From: Takakia lepidozioides
Lineage: Eukaryota; Plantae; Bryophyta
Assembly (NCBI GenBank): GCA_030704615.1
Contig: CM060732.1
Coordinates: 79,918,001-79,982,000, forward strand
DNA: 64,000 nucleotides
Reading direction: 5' to 3'
Each line of letters opens with the position of its first letter. Position 1 is the stretch's first letter. This document shows, in pieces, positions 1 through 12,834 of the stretch. The position numbers and the translations under genes are program-made. The notes under the pieces were generated by a model that made no database searches, had not been told where the DNA came from, and worked only from the letters and a program-made list of their open reading frames with translations.

Positions 1-5
1 TCACC

Positions 6-232
6 TGGCCATGCAAAACATGGTGCACACGACATGTGGTTGACTGGTTGGAACGTTCGCGGCATGGCTTGGGGCCCTCAAATCAGGAATGCCCTCTACT
101 CCGGCTTTCCCCTATACCAACTTCATGTGGCCATGTAGAACATGGTGCATACGACATGTGGTTGACTAGTGCACGTCATGGCAGGGGGCCCTTAAATTAG
201 GAACGCCCTTCACTCGGACCTTTCCCTACACC
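6..232. repeat. Tandem duplication, two ~120-bp units
   Basis: tggccatg(c/t)a(a/g)aacatggtgca(c/t)acgacatgtggttgact occurs at ~6 and ~128, each followed by ggggccct...aaat.aggaa.gccct. Confidence 0.75.
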
Positions 233-780
233 GACATCTTGAGTCTTGAGTCTTGACCCATGTACACGTACCTTTTCTTCTATAGCATTCATCCTACAAC
301 ATCGTAATTTCTCATCCCATCGGTTGGAATTTCTGGATTGCACCCATTGAAGATTTTCAGGTTTATCAAATTCCATGGTGGGTGTATGTAGGTGTTGTCC
401 AGTGGTTGCAGTTCATGCAGTTCTTTTCTATGTTGTTGATGGGAAAGCGTTGAATTGGTTCATCTGTGGTGGTCTGCTATCAGCTGGATTTGAAATTCCG
501 TGTAAGAATCAACACGAAGAGTTTCTCCTCCACTTCCTAGGAGTTATATTTGTCCATATAACCCGCTCATTCAGAGTGGTAGTGCATGTTGTTCCATATT
601 TGTCTAAACGTGTTTTGCGGGCAACATCTAATATCTCCAGGTATCTCTGTGTGTGTATTAGAACTAGTTGTAGGGTGTCTTTGAGTGGTAGGGGGTTCCT
701 CTCACTATATATATTTATACCGTCCCTAGACAACCGTTTAGGCTATAATTAATTCAAAATGAAAGGGCCTAACCAATTTT

Positions 781-2870
781 GTGAATTTTTCAGATTTTGG
801 CACCCAGTTTTTGCTCTACATTATAGAAGTGAAGGAAGAAGGCGATGGGGAGCCGAGCCCAGATTGGATCAAATACCAGGATGTGATGCCGGAGGATTTA
901 CCAAGCGGCTTGCCACCGCGAAGAGGAGTTGACCACAAGATTGAGGTGATACCGGGATCGGAACCGCCTGCCAAGGCGCCCTACCGGTTGAGCCACAGAG
1001 AGTTGGTCGAGCTGAAGACTCAGCTCAAAGATCTAATGTCAAAGGGGTACATCCGGCCGAATAAGTCACCTTACGGAGCCCCGGTGCTATTCGCAGACAA
1101 GAAGGATGGGACGCTGCGGATGTGTGTCGATTACAGGGCTTTGAATAAGGTGACTATCAAAAACCGGTATCCTTTGCCAATGATCGACGACCTTTTCGAT
1201 CGGATGGCAGGAGCGAAGTATTTTAGCCGGATCAATCTGCGTTCCGGCTATCATCAAATTTGAGTCGCGGAAGGAGATGAGGAGAAGACCGCGTGCAAGA
1301 CAAGGTATGGTTCATATGAGTTCTTGGTGATGTCTTTTGGACTCACCAACGCTCCCACGACCTTTAGCACGCTGATGAACAGCCTTTTCCAGGAGTGGTT
1401 GGATGACTTTGTGATTGTGTACATCGACGACATCTTGGTGTATTCGAAAACAAGGGAGGAGCACCTGGAGCACCTCAAAAGGGTGTTCCAGAAATTGCGG
1501 GAATGGAAGCTCTATGCCAAAGCTTCAAAGTGCGAATTCGGGGTCACAAAAGTGGAGTTCATGGGGCATGTGATTACACAGGATGGGATCAGAATGGATG
1601 ACAGGAAGGTGAGGGCAATCTTGGACTGGGAGCTTCCGACTTCGGTCCCGGGAGTGCGATCCTTCCAAGGACTCGCCTCCTATTACTGGAAGTATGTGAG
1701 AAATTTCGCCAAGATCGCGGGGCCGCTGTCAGACCTTCTGTGTAAATCCAAAGTCTGGGCATGGAACACCTTTTGTGGCCAAGCTATTGCTGAATTGAAG
1801 CAGCGGATGGCGGAAGCTCCAGTCTTGAAAATCCCGGAGTTCGATCGTCCGTTCGAGATTCATAGAGATGCGTCGGACTTCGCGATTGGAGGTGTACTGA
1901 TGCAAGATGGACATCCAGTGGCTTACGAAAGTAAGAAACTGAATGAAGTGGAGCGACGGTGGCCGACGCACGAGAAAGAGATGAAGGCGGTGGTGCATTG
2001 TCTTGAGCTTTGGCGCCACTATGTTGGTTTCAACCAGTGAAGGTGTTCACGGACAATGTCACGGTGAAGTATTTTGTCATGCAGCCCAAGTTGTCCTCAA
2101 AACAAACTTAGGTGGCAAGATACTTTGGCGGTGTTCGACGTGGATATCCAGTACAAACCGGGACGGGACAACGTGGTGGCCGATGCTTTAAGTAGAAAGC
2201 AGCAGCTCATGTTGGTGTACAGGGGCGAGGCGACGCTCCAAATGAAGACCCGGAAGGCTTGCCGGAAGGATGAGCTGGCGAAGTCTGTGATGCAGGACTT
2301 GAGGATGGGGGTTAAAATCGCAGTTCCACTTGCAAAATGGACTGCTCCGGTATAAGCAAAAGCGTCTCTACGTGCCGAAGGGAGGGATCAGAGATAGCCT
2401 CTTGAGAGAATGCCACGACAACCCGCTTGCGGGCCACGGTGGAGCCAAGCGCACTGCGACACTCTTGAAGAAAGAGTATTTCTGGCCCAAACTGAGGGAG
2501 GAGGCAGAGGAGTATGTCAAGACATGCACCACATGCCAACAAAACCGGAGTGAGTACAAAAAGCAAGCAGGGCTGTTACAACCCTTGCCGATTCCAGAGG
2601 GGACTTGGGAAAACGTCTCGATGGATTTCATGATTGCTATGCCGCTGTCAAAAGGATTCGATGCAATCATGGTGGTGGTGGATAGGTTCAGTAAAATGGG
2701 CCATTTCATCCCCACCAAGGAGACGGCAACGACGCAGGAAACAGGGCGACTTTACTTCGTCCACGTCTTAAAACATCATGGAGTCCCGAAGGATATTGTC
2801 TCGGACTGCGATCCAAAGTTTACGAGTAAATTTTGGAGGGCACTTTGAAAGAAGATGGGGACGGACCTGT
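781..2870 (+). mobile_element. Decayed Ty3/gypsy LTR retrotransposon pol (RT-RNase H-integrase), truncated in the integrase core
   Basis: ORFs 781-1263, 1324-2040, 2074-2355 and 2330-2848 give [42 protein letters not shown]-x6-H...C-x2-C and SMDF...DRFSKM in gypsy domain order; stops at 1261 and 2846 plus frameshifts; no LTRs seen. Confidence 0.95.
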
Positions 2871-3044
2871 GAATCTCTTCCAACTGTGCTGAGACTTTGA
2901 CTCGGACTGTGCTCGAGTCAGTCAAACATCCCACCATTCCTATGAGGTCCAAACCAGGTCCATAAAGTCAAGGCAAGCCATGTTTCATGAGTATCTTTGT
3001 GGCTAGTGTTTTTTCTTTTAGAAATTCCCTTAGTTAGATAAGAC

Positions 3045-4325
3045 TAGGGTAGCTTGTGCCGCTGGCCCTTTTGTCCAGTGTCATCTAAGCCCAAGTGCAA
3101 TCCCCTATGTATCCCAGTGCGTCTCCTATGTCGAGGTTAAGTGCGACCTTTAGTGTAGCCTGTGCCGTTGGCCCAAGTGTCCAGTGGCATCTATCTCCAA
3201 ATGCAATCCCCTATATATCAAAGTGCGTTTCTTATGTTGAGGCCCAAATGCAACCTCTAGGGTAGCCTTTGCCGTTGGCCCAAGTGTCCAATGTCATCTA
3301 AGTCATCCAAGTCTGATCATTTTTTTCCACGGAATCTACGACCTGATTTGAACCGGAGACCTTTTCCTTGATATCTCTCATGTTTAGGCTTCGATCATTG
3401 TGCCAGGAAAGCCCACTTTCCTATTTTTTGCGACTTTCCAGCGACCAAAAGTACTTGAAATTCGACATCTCCCACACCGCGGTTCCAAAAATCATGAGAC
3501 CAAGCCCGTGCACGCTTCCTTGTCGAGGGCTTTCCAATGGTACCAAGCACCAGGGCAGGGGCCTCGCGGTTGGGGACATCTCAAAACAAACAAAACAAAC
3601 AAAACAAAACAAAACAAACGTCTTGCTTTGTATATTGGTAGGGTAGCTGTGCCGTTGGCCCAAGTGTCCAACTTGTCATCTAAGTCCAAGTGCAATTCCT
3701 ATGTATCCAAGTGTGTCTCCCATGTTGAGGCCCAAGTGCGACCTCTAGGGAAGCCGTTGGCCCAAGTGTTATCTAAGTCCAAGTGCATCAATATATGAAG
3801 CAAGCCATATCTAGTCATTTTTTTTCTCACAGAGCCTACGACCAGATTTGAACCGGAGACATTTTCCTTGATATCTCTCCTCGAGGCTCCAACCATTGTC
3901 CCAGGAATGCCCACTTTGCATTTTTTCGTGAATTTGCAGTGACCCAAAGTACTTGAAATTCCACATCTCCCACATTGCAGGTCCAAAAATCATGAGACCA
4001 AGCCCGTGCACCCCTCTTTGCAAAGGGCTTTCCAGGCTTTCCAGGCTTTCCAACGGTACCAAGCACTGAGGGTGGGCCCGCAGTTTGGGACATCTCAAAT
4101 CTACAAAACAAACAAAACAAGCCTCAAATGGCAATTGGCTCTCTTGCTTTGCTTTGGCACAAGATAAGAGGACTCAGCACAACACACCAATCAACGCCTT
4201 GACACGGTGTAAGGTACTTTGACCACATTTTCTCCATTGACTTGCATGTCTCCACAAAGTCTCTCTCTACAAGAGAGCCAACAAAACAAAACAAAACAAA
4301 ACAAAACAAACGTCTCGCTTCATTA
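3045..4325. repeat. Composite repeat array: ~100-bp gccgttggcccaagtg units, duplicated ~300-bp module and (AAAAC)n tracts; possibly a non-autonomous TE
   Basis: g(c/t)tggccc(aagtg) unit recurs at ~3062, 3166, 3271, 3651 and 3754; module tttgaaccggagac...aaaatcatgagaccaagcccgtgcac...ggtaccaagcac at ~3345-3600 and ~3845-4110; (aaaac)n at ~3583-3619 and ~4282-4310. Confidence 0.75.
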
Positions 4326-5449
4326 TCTCCACTTCTATTAATTTATTATGTCATGGTTTGCAATTTTTTTTGGGGCCCTGCGTGTGCAGAGCCCCTAGGT
4401 ATTAATAAGTAGTAAGTAGTAAGAATAGGTAGTAAGATGCAGGGGAAGAGAACCCGGTTCTCATTATATACCCTCATGGAGTGGTGGGACCCTTCTACCC
4501 CTCAAACGGTGGGACCTTCTATAAGGCTGCCCTGACACGTCACTCCTAGAAACCACCACACCCCAATCTAACATGAACCATCCCCTATTTAATAGGTCTT
4601 ACCTCCCCCCCCCTCCCCCCTTTTTTACATGACAGTTATTAATTGAACTCCTGCTGTAGCTTACTATAACTCCCGCTTCATAATTCCTGGACCACTCTCT
4701 AAATCCCCACACCCCCTTTCAAACCTGGGCCCCTTATTGATGTGGATATTGGCCACTAGGTGTCCCAAGAAACCCCCTTTCTAATTAAATCTGATTTCAT
4801 CCAACCTTACAGTAGTTGAACTCCGTGTGTCATTTTTGTGGAGGAGTAGGGATTTTCTTCAGCTGTTAATTCTGATGCTGCTGGTTTTCTGCTGAAGACG
4901 GAGATAATTGTGAATCCAAGGGCACGAGTCAAGGGGCCACAATATGAGAACAAAGTGTTGCAATCATGTGACCTCCTGCTGAGGGTAGTTGGATCTGGAA
5001 CCCATTATGGGCAACGATGGATATTAGACAATGTCAAAAGGTTTTTGCAATGAATTTCCGGTTGTGTAACATTGAGATGGGTAATTGTCTATCATCATGA
5101 TGTGAAATGCAATGATCAGATTGCACGATTGACAAATGCACGTCCAACCACCTCCATCTGTACATGAGCCAACCTTTCCCTACACTCAATACTTATCACT
5201 GGTTTTCCAAGCAAGAGAGAGCAAGCAGAGCTACCCCATTATACTGCTTTGCTGATGACCAAGAGCTACGGTGTGAGAAGTCCATCATCCATAAAGAAAG
5301 TGGTCAATTGCTTCAGTTTACTTCATCTGCCATTCCATTACTCGAGGTTGTCAAAACACCCAGGAGAAGCTAAGAAGGATTGAGCCAATGGGTGGGCAGC
5401 AAACCCAAATAAATTGCTTTATAGCAAAGACAATTTTAAATAGCAGTTA

Positions 5450-8400
5450 TCATGTGAGACCCGCAGCAATGGCAACAGCGTGTGCCTGCACCATAGCCAA
5501 GGCCTGCTCTGCTACAACACGATCCTGTGCCTTCTTCACCCACTCAGCAGCTAAAGGTTCAGCCTTTGTTCCTTGCAATCCAGTCTCCAAGATGTGTGCA
5601 GCTTCTGAAAGCTTGCCGTCTCTGAGGCATCTTTCCACACGGGTAATGATTGCCTCTACACCTTCAGCTCCCTTGTCTTCACGAACCTGAAACGGAGCAA
5701 ATGGAGGTTAGATTATGCTCCACACAAAAGAAGGAAAGAGAGACAGCAGGGGACTTATTCATGGCTCTCCTTGGCTTTGGCAACCCCTTCAGGCTAGTAC
5801 CTGAGAATACTCTCCCAGAGCTGCTGTGGGTTTTCACCCACAACAGTAGGCAACTAAGACCAATCACTGATGAAAATCTGGTTGCAATAAAAACGACTAT
5901 TCTTAGATAGCTGACACCCATTAGAAAGCAAAGAGAGAGAAGAGCGGGGTTCAACTCTGACTCAAATCTTAATGTGTGAGGAAACTCGCGAATAAATAGA
6001 TGCTAATCACTGCAAGCATAATTACAGTCCACAAACCATGGACCACAGGATGGATCAGAATTCTGACAGTTTTTTGATGAGAAACTGCTGGGAAATTAAA
6101 CGATGGTGTTATCTTATCATGCTCAATGGCAGAATAAACAGTTAAAAAGTCCCCACATATCTCCATAATGGCAACCCACCACATTAGCTTCCCTTTTGTG
6201 TGGTCCAGAGCATCTCACAGATGCGTTGAGGTTAACAAAAAGTATAGAATGTACTCGGAAGACATTTTGCCGTAGCCTTGTGGCCGTAGACCCCACGTGC
6301 AGCTTGGGCGGAACAGAGGGAACAGACACTACCTTTGTGAGGAGCTCACTCTGCTAGTGGGACTTACCTTGGAGATAACAAAACACATAGACACTGAACA
6401 TATGTGAATCCAATTGGGATCTTGCATCCATGGAGCGCTTTTAATTCAACGCTTGATGATACACAGCAATGCTTAGGTCCTGCACTTGAGCCAATTATTT
6501 GACAGGTACCTTGATGGCAGAGGCAGTACGGGCAACCAGGTGGGTTAAAAATCCACCCTGGCCTTCTGGAATCAGCGCCAGCTCCCTCAAGGGCCCCTGC
6601 AAGCTCACAAACTGCACACACAAAGAGAATGAGAGATCCATTCTCAACTCTGCTTTCCATAGTCTTGTGACAATTGACCCCACACCAGTAGCTTGCCTAC
6701 GGCCTTTGCTTAGCCACAAGCAAAGAAAATCTGTAGACATAGAAGAGGCAACCTGGGCTTGCCTTTTCTTTGAGCTGAGCATCAGTCCATGTGCCAATTT
6801 TGAGCACATCTTTTGGCAAAGACAAAAGGGCTGCATCCACCAGCTCATCCTTCCCATGTCCACCAGTTGACTGCAGAAGGAGCTCAACTTCTTTCTCTAC
6901 TGGAGCACCCCTCATCATCGCATCTTCAAAAGCGAAAGTCCCCTACAAACAGATTCAAAGCCAAGAGATTTTATGTGAATCAAGTCAGGAATGAGGCCCT
7001 TGCACCTGAAAGCTGATCGAGTAAATGTTGATATTTGACCACCACACTGCTTTGAGCAATGGTTTTCAGTGCTGATGTGGTATCATGTGTTCTCTGCCAT
7101 TCTGTCAACTAGCCAATATATTCACCTACTGCAAGGGGCCATTGTACACTTGTTCGGAATATACTGGTTCAGCAGGAGCAGTACAAAAAATATTGAAGGG
7201 AAAAACAAAAAAAACCAATATAACATGAACAACAAGTTTAAAAGAAGACCCAGCATGAAATCACATTGTTGCAGAATCAGCAGACACAAAATGGGGAAGG
7301 GCTTACCATGGCCAGCTTGTGGGTCGTGTGACTGGCCTTGGCCTCCTCTGACTGCGCATTGAAGGCTGTACGCAGTGCTTCTAACTGCCATGCACTTAGC
7401 ACTGTCAAACACACAGCTAAACTCTGTATGAAAATATGGTACCTTTGTGGACATTTTGTTCAGTGTTGACTGCACACACTGGGCATTAGAAATAATCCTT
7501 CTCTCTTCCTCACTCAAAAAGCACTTGGTAATGTAGACTGTAAGAATACAGTCAAAACGTGCCAACTTCTGGCAGAGAAAGAGATGCCCACAATAAACTT
7601 TGCTTGTCATTGCTTGGAAGCAATAAGCTCCGAAACTGTGCAGACCAGGTGAAGGGAGAGCAAGAGATAGGGCAAACAGAGAATCTGACCCCCATAAGCC
7701 ATGCCTTTCTTTACAGTTTAAAGGAATCTGATTGGTAAAGAGGGCAACCTGGAGGTCAAATGTGATTTATCTATCTGCAGAGAGTAAGTCGATGGGCCCA
7801 TACTTGTATCTGCAGTTCCCGAGTCTCCTGCAATCGTTTGGCTTTCTCCTGTGTAACAGTTGCAGCTGTCTGGGCTTTTGCAAGCAGCTCCATTCGATCC
7901 AACACTCTCTTCGTCTCTTCCTCCTGACATGGAGACAGGACAACCAAGTGCATGTTGTAAGCCAGTTCCTGCTTTTTCAAACCAATTCCAAAGCGGAAGG
8001 TAGGAAAATGAGAGTATCCAAGGTATGAAGAACTACCTTACGTTCCAGTTCATATCGCAGCCTATTCTCAGCACTTTGGTGCTGTTGTTTCAAACGGGTT
8101 TCCGCCCTCTGTCTCTCTTTGTCTAAGTCCTGGGAGCCATGAGGCCAGAAACACGTGTTAGCAAATGCCAAAGAAGAGCCCATAACATTGCATCAGCAAA
8201 AATCTCAACAGCAGTACTAAGGTACAGGGAGCCCGTAGTGAGGTGAAGGGAACCTTTTCAAGTTGGCTGGCATACTCAGCATCCCTCAGCTGTTGTGCGC
8301 GGAGCTCCATCAATTCCCGTTTGTTCTCCGCCTGCAACAAGTTCCAAGAGGATGTAATTATTTTGCAACCCATAGCTGCAGATCAAACTATCAGACCATA

Positions 8401-11400
8401 TTCCTATCAGAAGCACTACGGAGGATGTCTCATAATTTGCTAACCCTTAAGCCTACGTGATGCCATCCATAGTGCAGAAAACTCAATTTTCCCAGATTTT
8501 CTTCTACAGTCTCTTGTAAGTCAGTTTTGGCATTTCAGACACAAATGACATGAAACAAGTCTACCAGCCAGCCTACACTGCCATTCCTGAGTACAGATCT
8601 GGACAGAAGACTACAGAAAGCCCTACACCAAGGGCTATGTTGAGGAACTTCATGGAAGATGGGGGCCTAATGCAAACCGAAAAGTACATGAGGAAGCACA
8701 GACTCCACATGAAGGAAAGTCCTTAAGCTCTGATTGCACTTGATTCTGAGATTCAAAATCAGTTAAGTAGTTTAACATTCCAACTCAATCTCTCACACAA
8801 TTATCACCCCAACATCCATGGCTCCCTTATTGACCATTCAATGTGGTTATTCTAAGTAGAGCTTCCACTCACATCAATACCAAGGAGAATTTCACGGAAC
8901 GTCTTATCTGACGCAGCCACATCCCCTCCTGTACTAGAATGTCTCATTTGTATGTCCTCTTCATCCACACGTCCACATTCATCTGCCTGTTGCATCACAT
9001 AAACTCAAGACCAACATAAGCAATAAGAAATAGAAATGATTGATCTGTTTAACCTCCCCGAGAGCCTGTACATTCATGGCAGAAACTATAACAACATGAA
9101 AAGACCACATCAACAAACTCTAAATGTCACAGAGAGAATGGACTCGTAATTTATTGTTTGCCATAGCATTGTGGCCGTAGACCCAGCCCCAACGAGAGGG
9201 AACAGACACTACCTTTGTGAGAGTCTCACTCCAGTAGTGGGACTTACCTTGGTATAAATTGGTTCCGGCTTTCCAGATTTACTCTAGAAAGCCCTTCACA
9301 CAAGCATCAAGCTGCTGTGTGCGAGCTGCCCAGCAATTAGATCCCAACAGGGCCAGGGCTTTAGGCTCAGCCCCGAGATTTTGTAAGTTGGTGAGCAGGT
9401 GCAGGGACTATGTTCTTCATGGTCCTGCTCTATGATGAGAAAACCCCAGACATTGTAGCAGAAAATGGATATTGTCTTCAGGCCGCCGGCATATCGAGCA
9501 TTTACAATCTCCTTTCCTCTCTGCATCTGCTTTTTGTTCAAAGGTAGACTACCCACCCTGAGTTTGAATGGCTGCTTGCTGCAACCTTCATGACTATGCA
9601 CTGATGTGGATGATGCGCGTAAGAAACAGAACAGAAGTTACGATGACCAACGGGAGTGAAGAACTGAAGGATTTGTTTGGCCCTCGAAGGGCCTATGCAA
9701 TTAGGTTACGCAAGTGTGTACTCTCGTTAATTGACGTACAAACCCTAATAACAAAGGCTCTTCTCCGCGCTCTTCCATACTTTTTAGCCCTTGAAAAGCT
9801 AGAAAAATGCAACTAACCTCATTCATCCTCATTTCAGTATCTTTGTTGAACCTATTTGAATTTTCTTCACGAACGTCCCTCAAGTGGTATGCCTCTGAAA
9901 GTTTTTCAGTGATCCTTGGAGTGTCACGATGATCTGCTTCCACACCAACCTCCTTCAAGACCTAAGCACCAATATACACACACAAGCAGTTTCCCTCAGA
10001 TCCTGTCACGTCTGCAATCCATTACGCGAGCCCAACAAAAAATAATGTTAGCCTGACAAACTGTGATGGTAAATCCACCATTTTTTGAGGAAGTCCGACC
10101 TAACCCAGATAAGTAAACCAATTTCCAAAAGAGACTCCTTTTCAAAGTGCCTCTAACTGCCATGTGTTTTGCCAGTGTAGCCACAATCCAAACGCAAACA
10201 TTTGGAAACCCTGCCCTTTTACATCAACAGTGTGACAAACAGAGCAACCATTGCCATGTGTCACATCGGCTCAAGGTAGATTGCTACAGGAGTGCTGGAA
10301 TCAACTATTATTTCTTCAATACAAAGTCAATGCCAAATCATAAATCAACACAAATCCCCTAACCTCCTATAACCCGGTGGGCAAAAACCCACAGGTATCC
10401 TGCAGGGAGAAAGCTATAATGGGTGACATCACAGCAAAGGTTCACAGGGAATGGTCGAACGCATTGTCTGAGCCCCCTCTTGCCTAATACAAAGTGTGCA
10501 TTTTTGCCACCCTGAAGTTAGACTACTAGTCAGCTCTCTTAACAAGGGCCAACCCTCCAACCCTCCTAACGAGAACCGGTCGTAGTTTCAGGCCATATAA
10601 GAACTAGGTCAAGAATATGAGAGTCAAAGACATATTGAGTGACCAACAAGCACCTGCTGTAGCTTGCTCACAGACTCTTCAGCATCTGCATCATCAGCTG
10701 GACAGCCCTCTGTGGAGTTTACATTCTCTTCAACCTCCTGTTCACCCATTTTGTGATTGAAGAATATTTCATCAATGGATTCCTTGAGGCACTCTTCCCT
10801 ATCATTCTCTTCCTCTGTTGTCAAATGCTGAGTCTCTTCTACTTCTTCCCTTTCTCTCTCTTCCCAAAAACTCTGGGCTGGGTTTCTAGCAGTTGTTGCA
10901 TCACACTCACAACCTGCTTGGCCCAATGGTGGCTCAACTTCTCTGTCTGGCTCTGGTCTCACTTCTTCCTCTTTGCATGTATGGGAGGGTGTATCCTCTT
11001 CCTCAACTCCTACCAAACTGGTCACTGGAATTTCATCCCCCCTCCTCTCTTCTGTGATGATTTCTTCAGGGGAGACACCATGGGGCTTCTTTTCAGTCTC
11101 CCCCCTTGCCTCATCAGCTTGTTGCATTTGCTCATTATCTGACTGACCTTCTGGAAGCTTCTTAGACACTTTCGAATCCTTAAACAGTGTGTCCTCCAAA
11201 GCCCAATACACAGCCGTGGTCACAGCTGCAGCTGTGAATGCAACAACCCCAAATTTGATTGCTGTACCTGCCATCAACGCTCCCGAGAAGGTCAGGTCCT
11301 GTGAGTGGGAAGACAACCACATTGATCGCCCGGTAGAGCTCCAAACTACATCAGCCCTCTCATCTCAATAAGTGACCCTAATTCGTTGTTGTGTTGTAGA

Positions 11401-12834
11401 GTGAAGATGGAGAGAGGTCCTACACACCTGACTTGGTCATTCGAACCAACAAGTGTGAAGTCATCAGGGGGTCAAAATTTACCAACAAGTTTTGGTCCAG
11501 GAGCCAATAAACACACGTGTCCCAATGCATAAGAGATGAAGCACAGGTTAAAACTGATTCCCTGTCCTCTCTTCCCTGTTGAGCTTTGCAGAACTAATTA
11601 TGCTATTGAAGAGCGTACATCAAGTCCTTCACAAATCAGTAGACAACAGTAAGTATCAAGGCTTAGGAGATCAATGCCTTTGGCTCAAGCATGGTTAGAA
11701 CAATGAAGCACCTTACTTGGCAAATTCAAAACCTTCAAGGACATCATATCAGTGAATACCTAGAGAAAAGGAGGAAGGATCTCCTTCTGGAGATGAGTTT
11801 GTCCTTGGAGATGGTGGTGGGAAACGTGGTTTGCCTGGATAGCCATTTGCCAATCCGCGTATCCCTGCAGCTGCTGCACGACATGAATCACCAGCTAGGA
11901 AAGGGCGAGCCTGGAAACACCACAGAGAAGGCATATTGCCATGTCAGGCGACGTTCAACAGGAAATACAGCTCTAGTAGGTTAGGACACAAGTCTAACTA
12001 GGTTATTTCCAAGGGTATATGATATTTTCCTAAACCAATGTAAGATGAAAAAGTCCAACCTACAACCCTGTGACACACCACAACTAACATGTCCCTCATA
12101 CCAGTGCAGACAAGCAAGCACTTCTCACAGCCTTCCAAACCAAAACCAGATAATTTAAGGAGTAGTCATAACTCATTTTACTTTTCAGTCTAGGAGCTAA
12201 GACAGCTAGGACTGGAAATTCATGTCGAGCACAGACCAACTGAAGTCAACTCAGCTGGGAAAGAAAAAAGTACTCCTAACAACATAGCAACACCCAACGA
12301 AAAGGTTGACTTAAACCCTTGGCACAACACAAGAGTCAAAGCTTGTCTAAGACTACCAAAGAAGTTCTCCATACAAACGTAAGGGTTTAAGGTTTAAAGC
12401 AACAAATACTCAAAACCATCTTTAAAAGGTGAGGATGGTAGAGAAGGATCTACTTCCTTTGAACTGCAAAAAGACTATAACTGCAAATTTGACTTGAACT
12501 CACTGTATGCTCTTTAGACATTACATTATCGGGCCTGACATATGCAGAATGGACTCACATCCATACCCACTTGGTAGTCTTACAGATGGATAAACACAAC
12601 AGCATTGATCCAGGTAAAACATTAGTTAATGGAGCACTGCAGCTGTGTTACCCCTGCCACAATGGTTGGTGGAGGATTCCTTGAGATATGCCCACTTGTT
12701 GAAAACCGTCGTGTCAGATGGCTGCTCACCAGACAGAAGGAGGCCAAGGGATCCCTTGGACAGAAAGAATGCCTGAGCAGGAGTGACAACAACTCAGAGC
12801 TTCTACGCCGCAACAGCCTACTGGCAGCACTCAT
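5450..12834 (-). CDS. MIC60: MICOS complex subunit MIC60 (mitofilin), 697 aa
   Basis: Exons (minus): 12834-12652, 11910-11760, 11267-10654, 9961-9818, 8986-8873, 8331-8254, 8129-8037, 7923-7804, 7384-7307, 6942-6763, 6611-6510, 5686-5450; 2094 nt with consistent phases. Arg/Ser-rich N-terminal presequence, TM segment (FGVVAFTAAAVTTAVYWAL), acidic linker, coiled coil, and a mitofilin-like C-terminus (SEEAKASHTTHKLAMG, GGFLTHLVA, EAA..LE......AE..AAEWV..A.DR...EQAL). The 5' exons are less certain than the 3' exons. Confidence 0.88.
6246..6378 (-). mobile_element. 3' end fragment of a LINE-like repeat family (last intron of MIC60)
   Basis: Shares ttgcc.tagc.ttgtggccgtagaccc...gagggaacagacactacctttgtgag...tagtgggacttaccttgg with the 9130-9570 copy; reverse complement of the 3' ends at ~39740 and ~40190. 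Confidence 0.7.
9130..9570 (-). mobile_element. 5'-truncated LINE-like fragment (MIC60 intron)
   Basis: Minus-strand translation FKLRVGSLPLNKKQMQRG matches the TPP-intron copies ([27 protein letters not shown]); same 3' terminal sequence. Confidence 0.75.

Noticed and set aside
3045-4325. CRISPR-like appearance of the spaced gccgttggcccaagtg repeats
   Set aside because: Eukaryotic context, intervening sequences are themselves homologous, and there are no cas genes
10376-10514. Possible small hAT MITE (ggtgggcaaaaa / tttttgccaccctg)
   Set aside because: Left TIR imperfect and no TSD
11268-11322. MIC60 starting at the ORF-track start 11322 or at the acceptor at 11298
   Set aside because: Phase of the upstream exon fits the acceptor at 11267, and the ORF-track start lacks the targeting peptide
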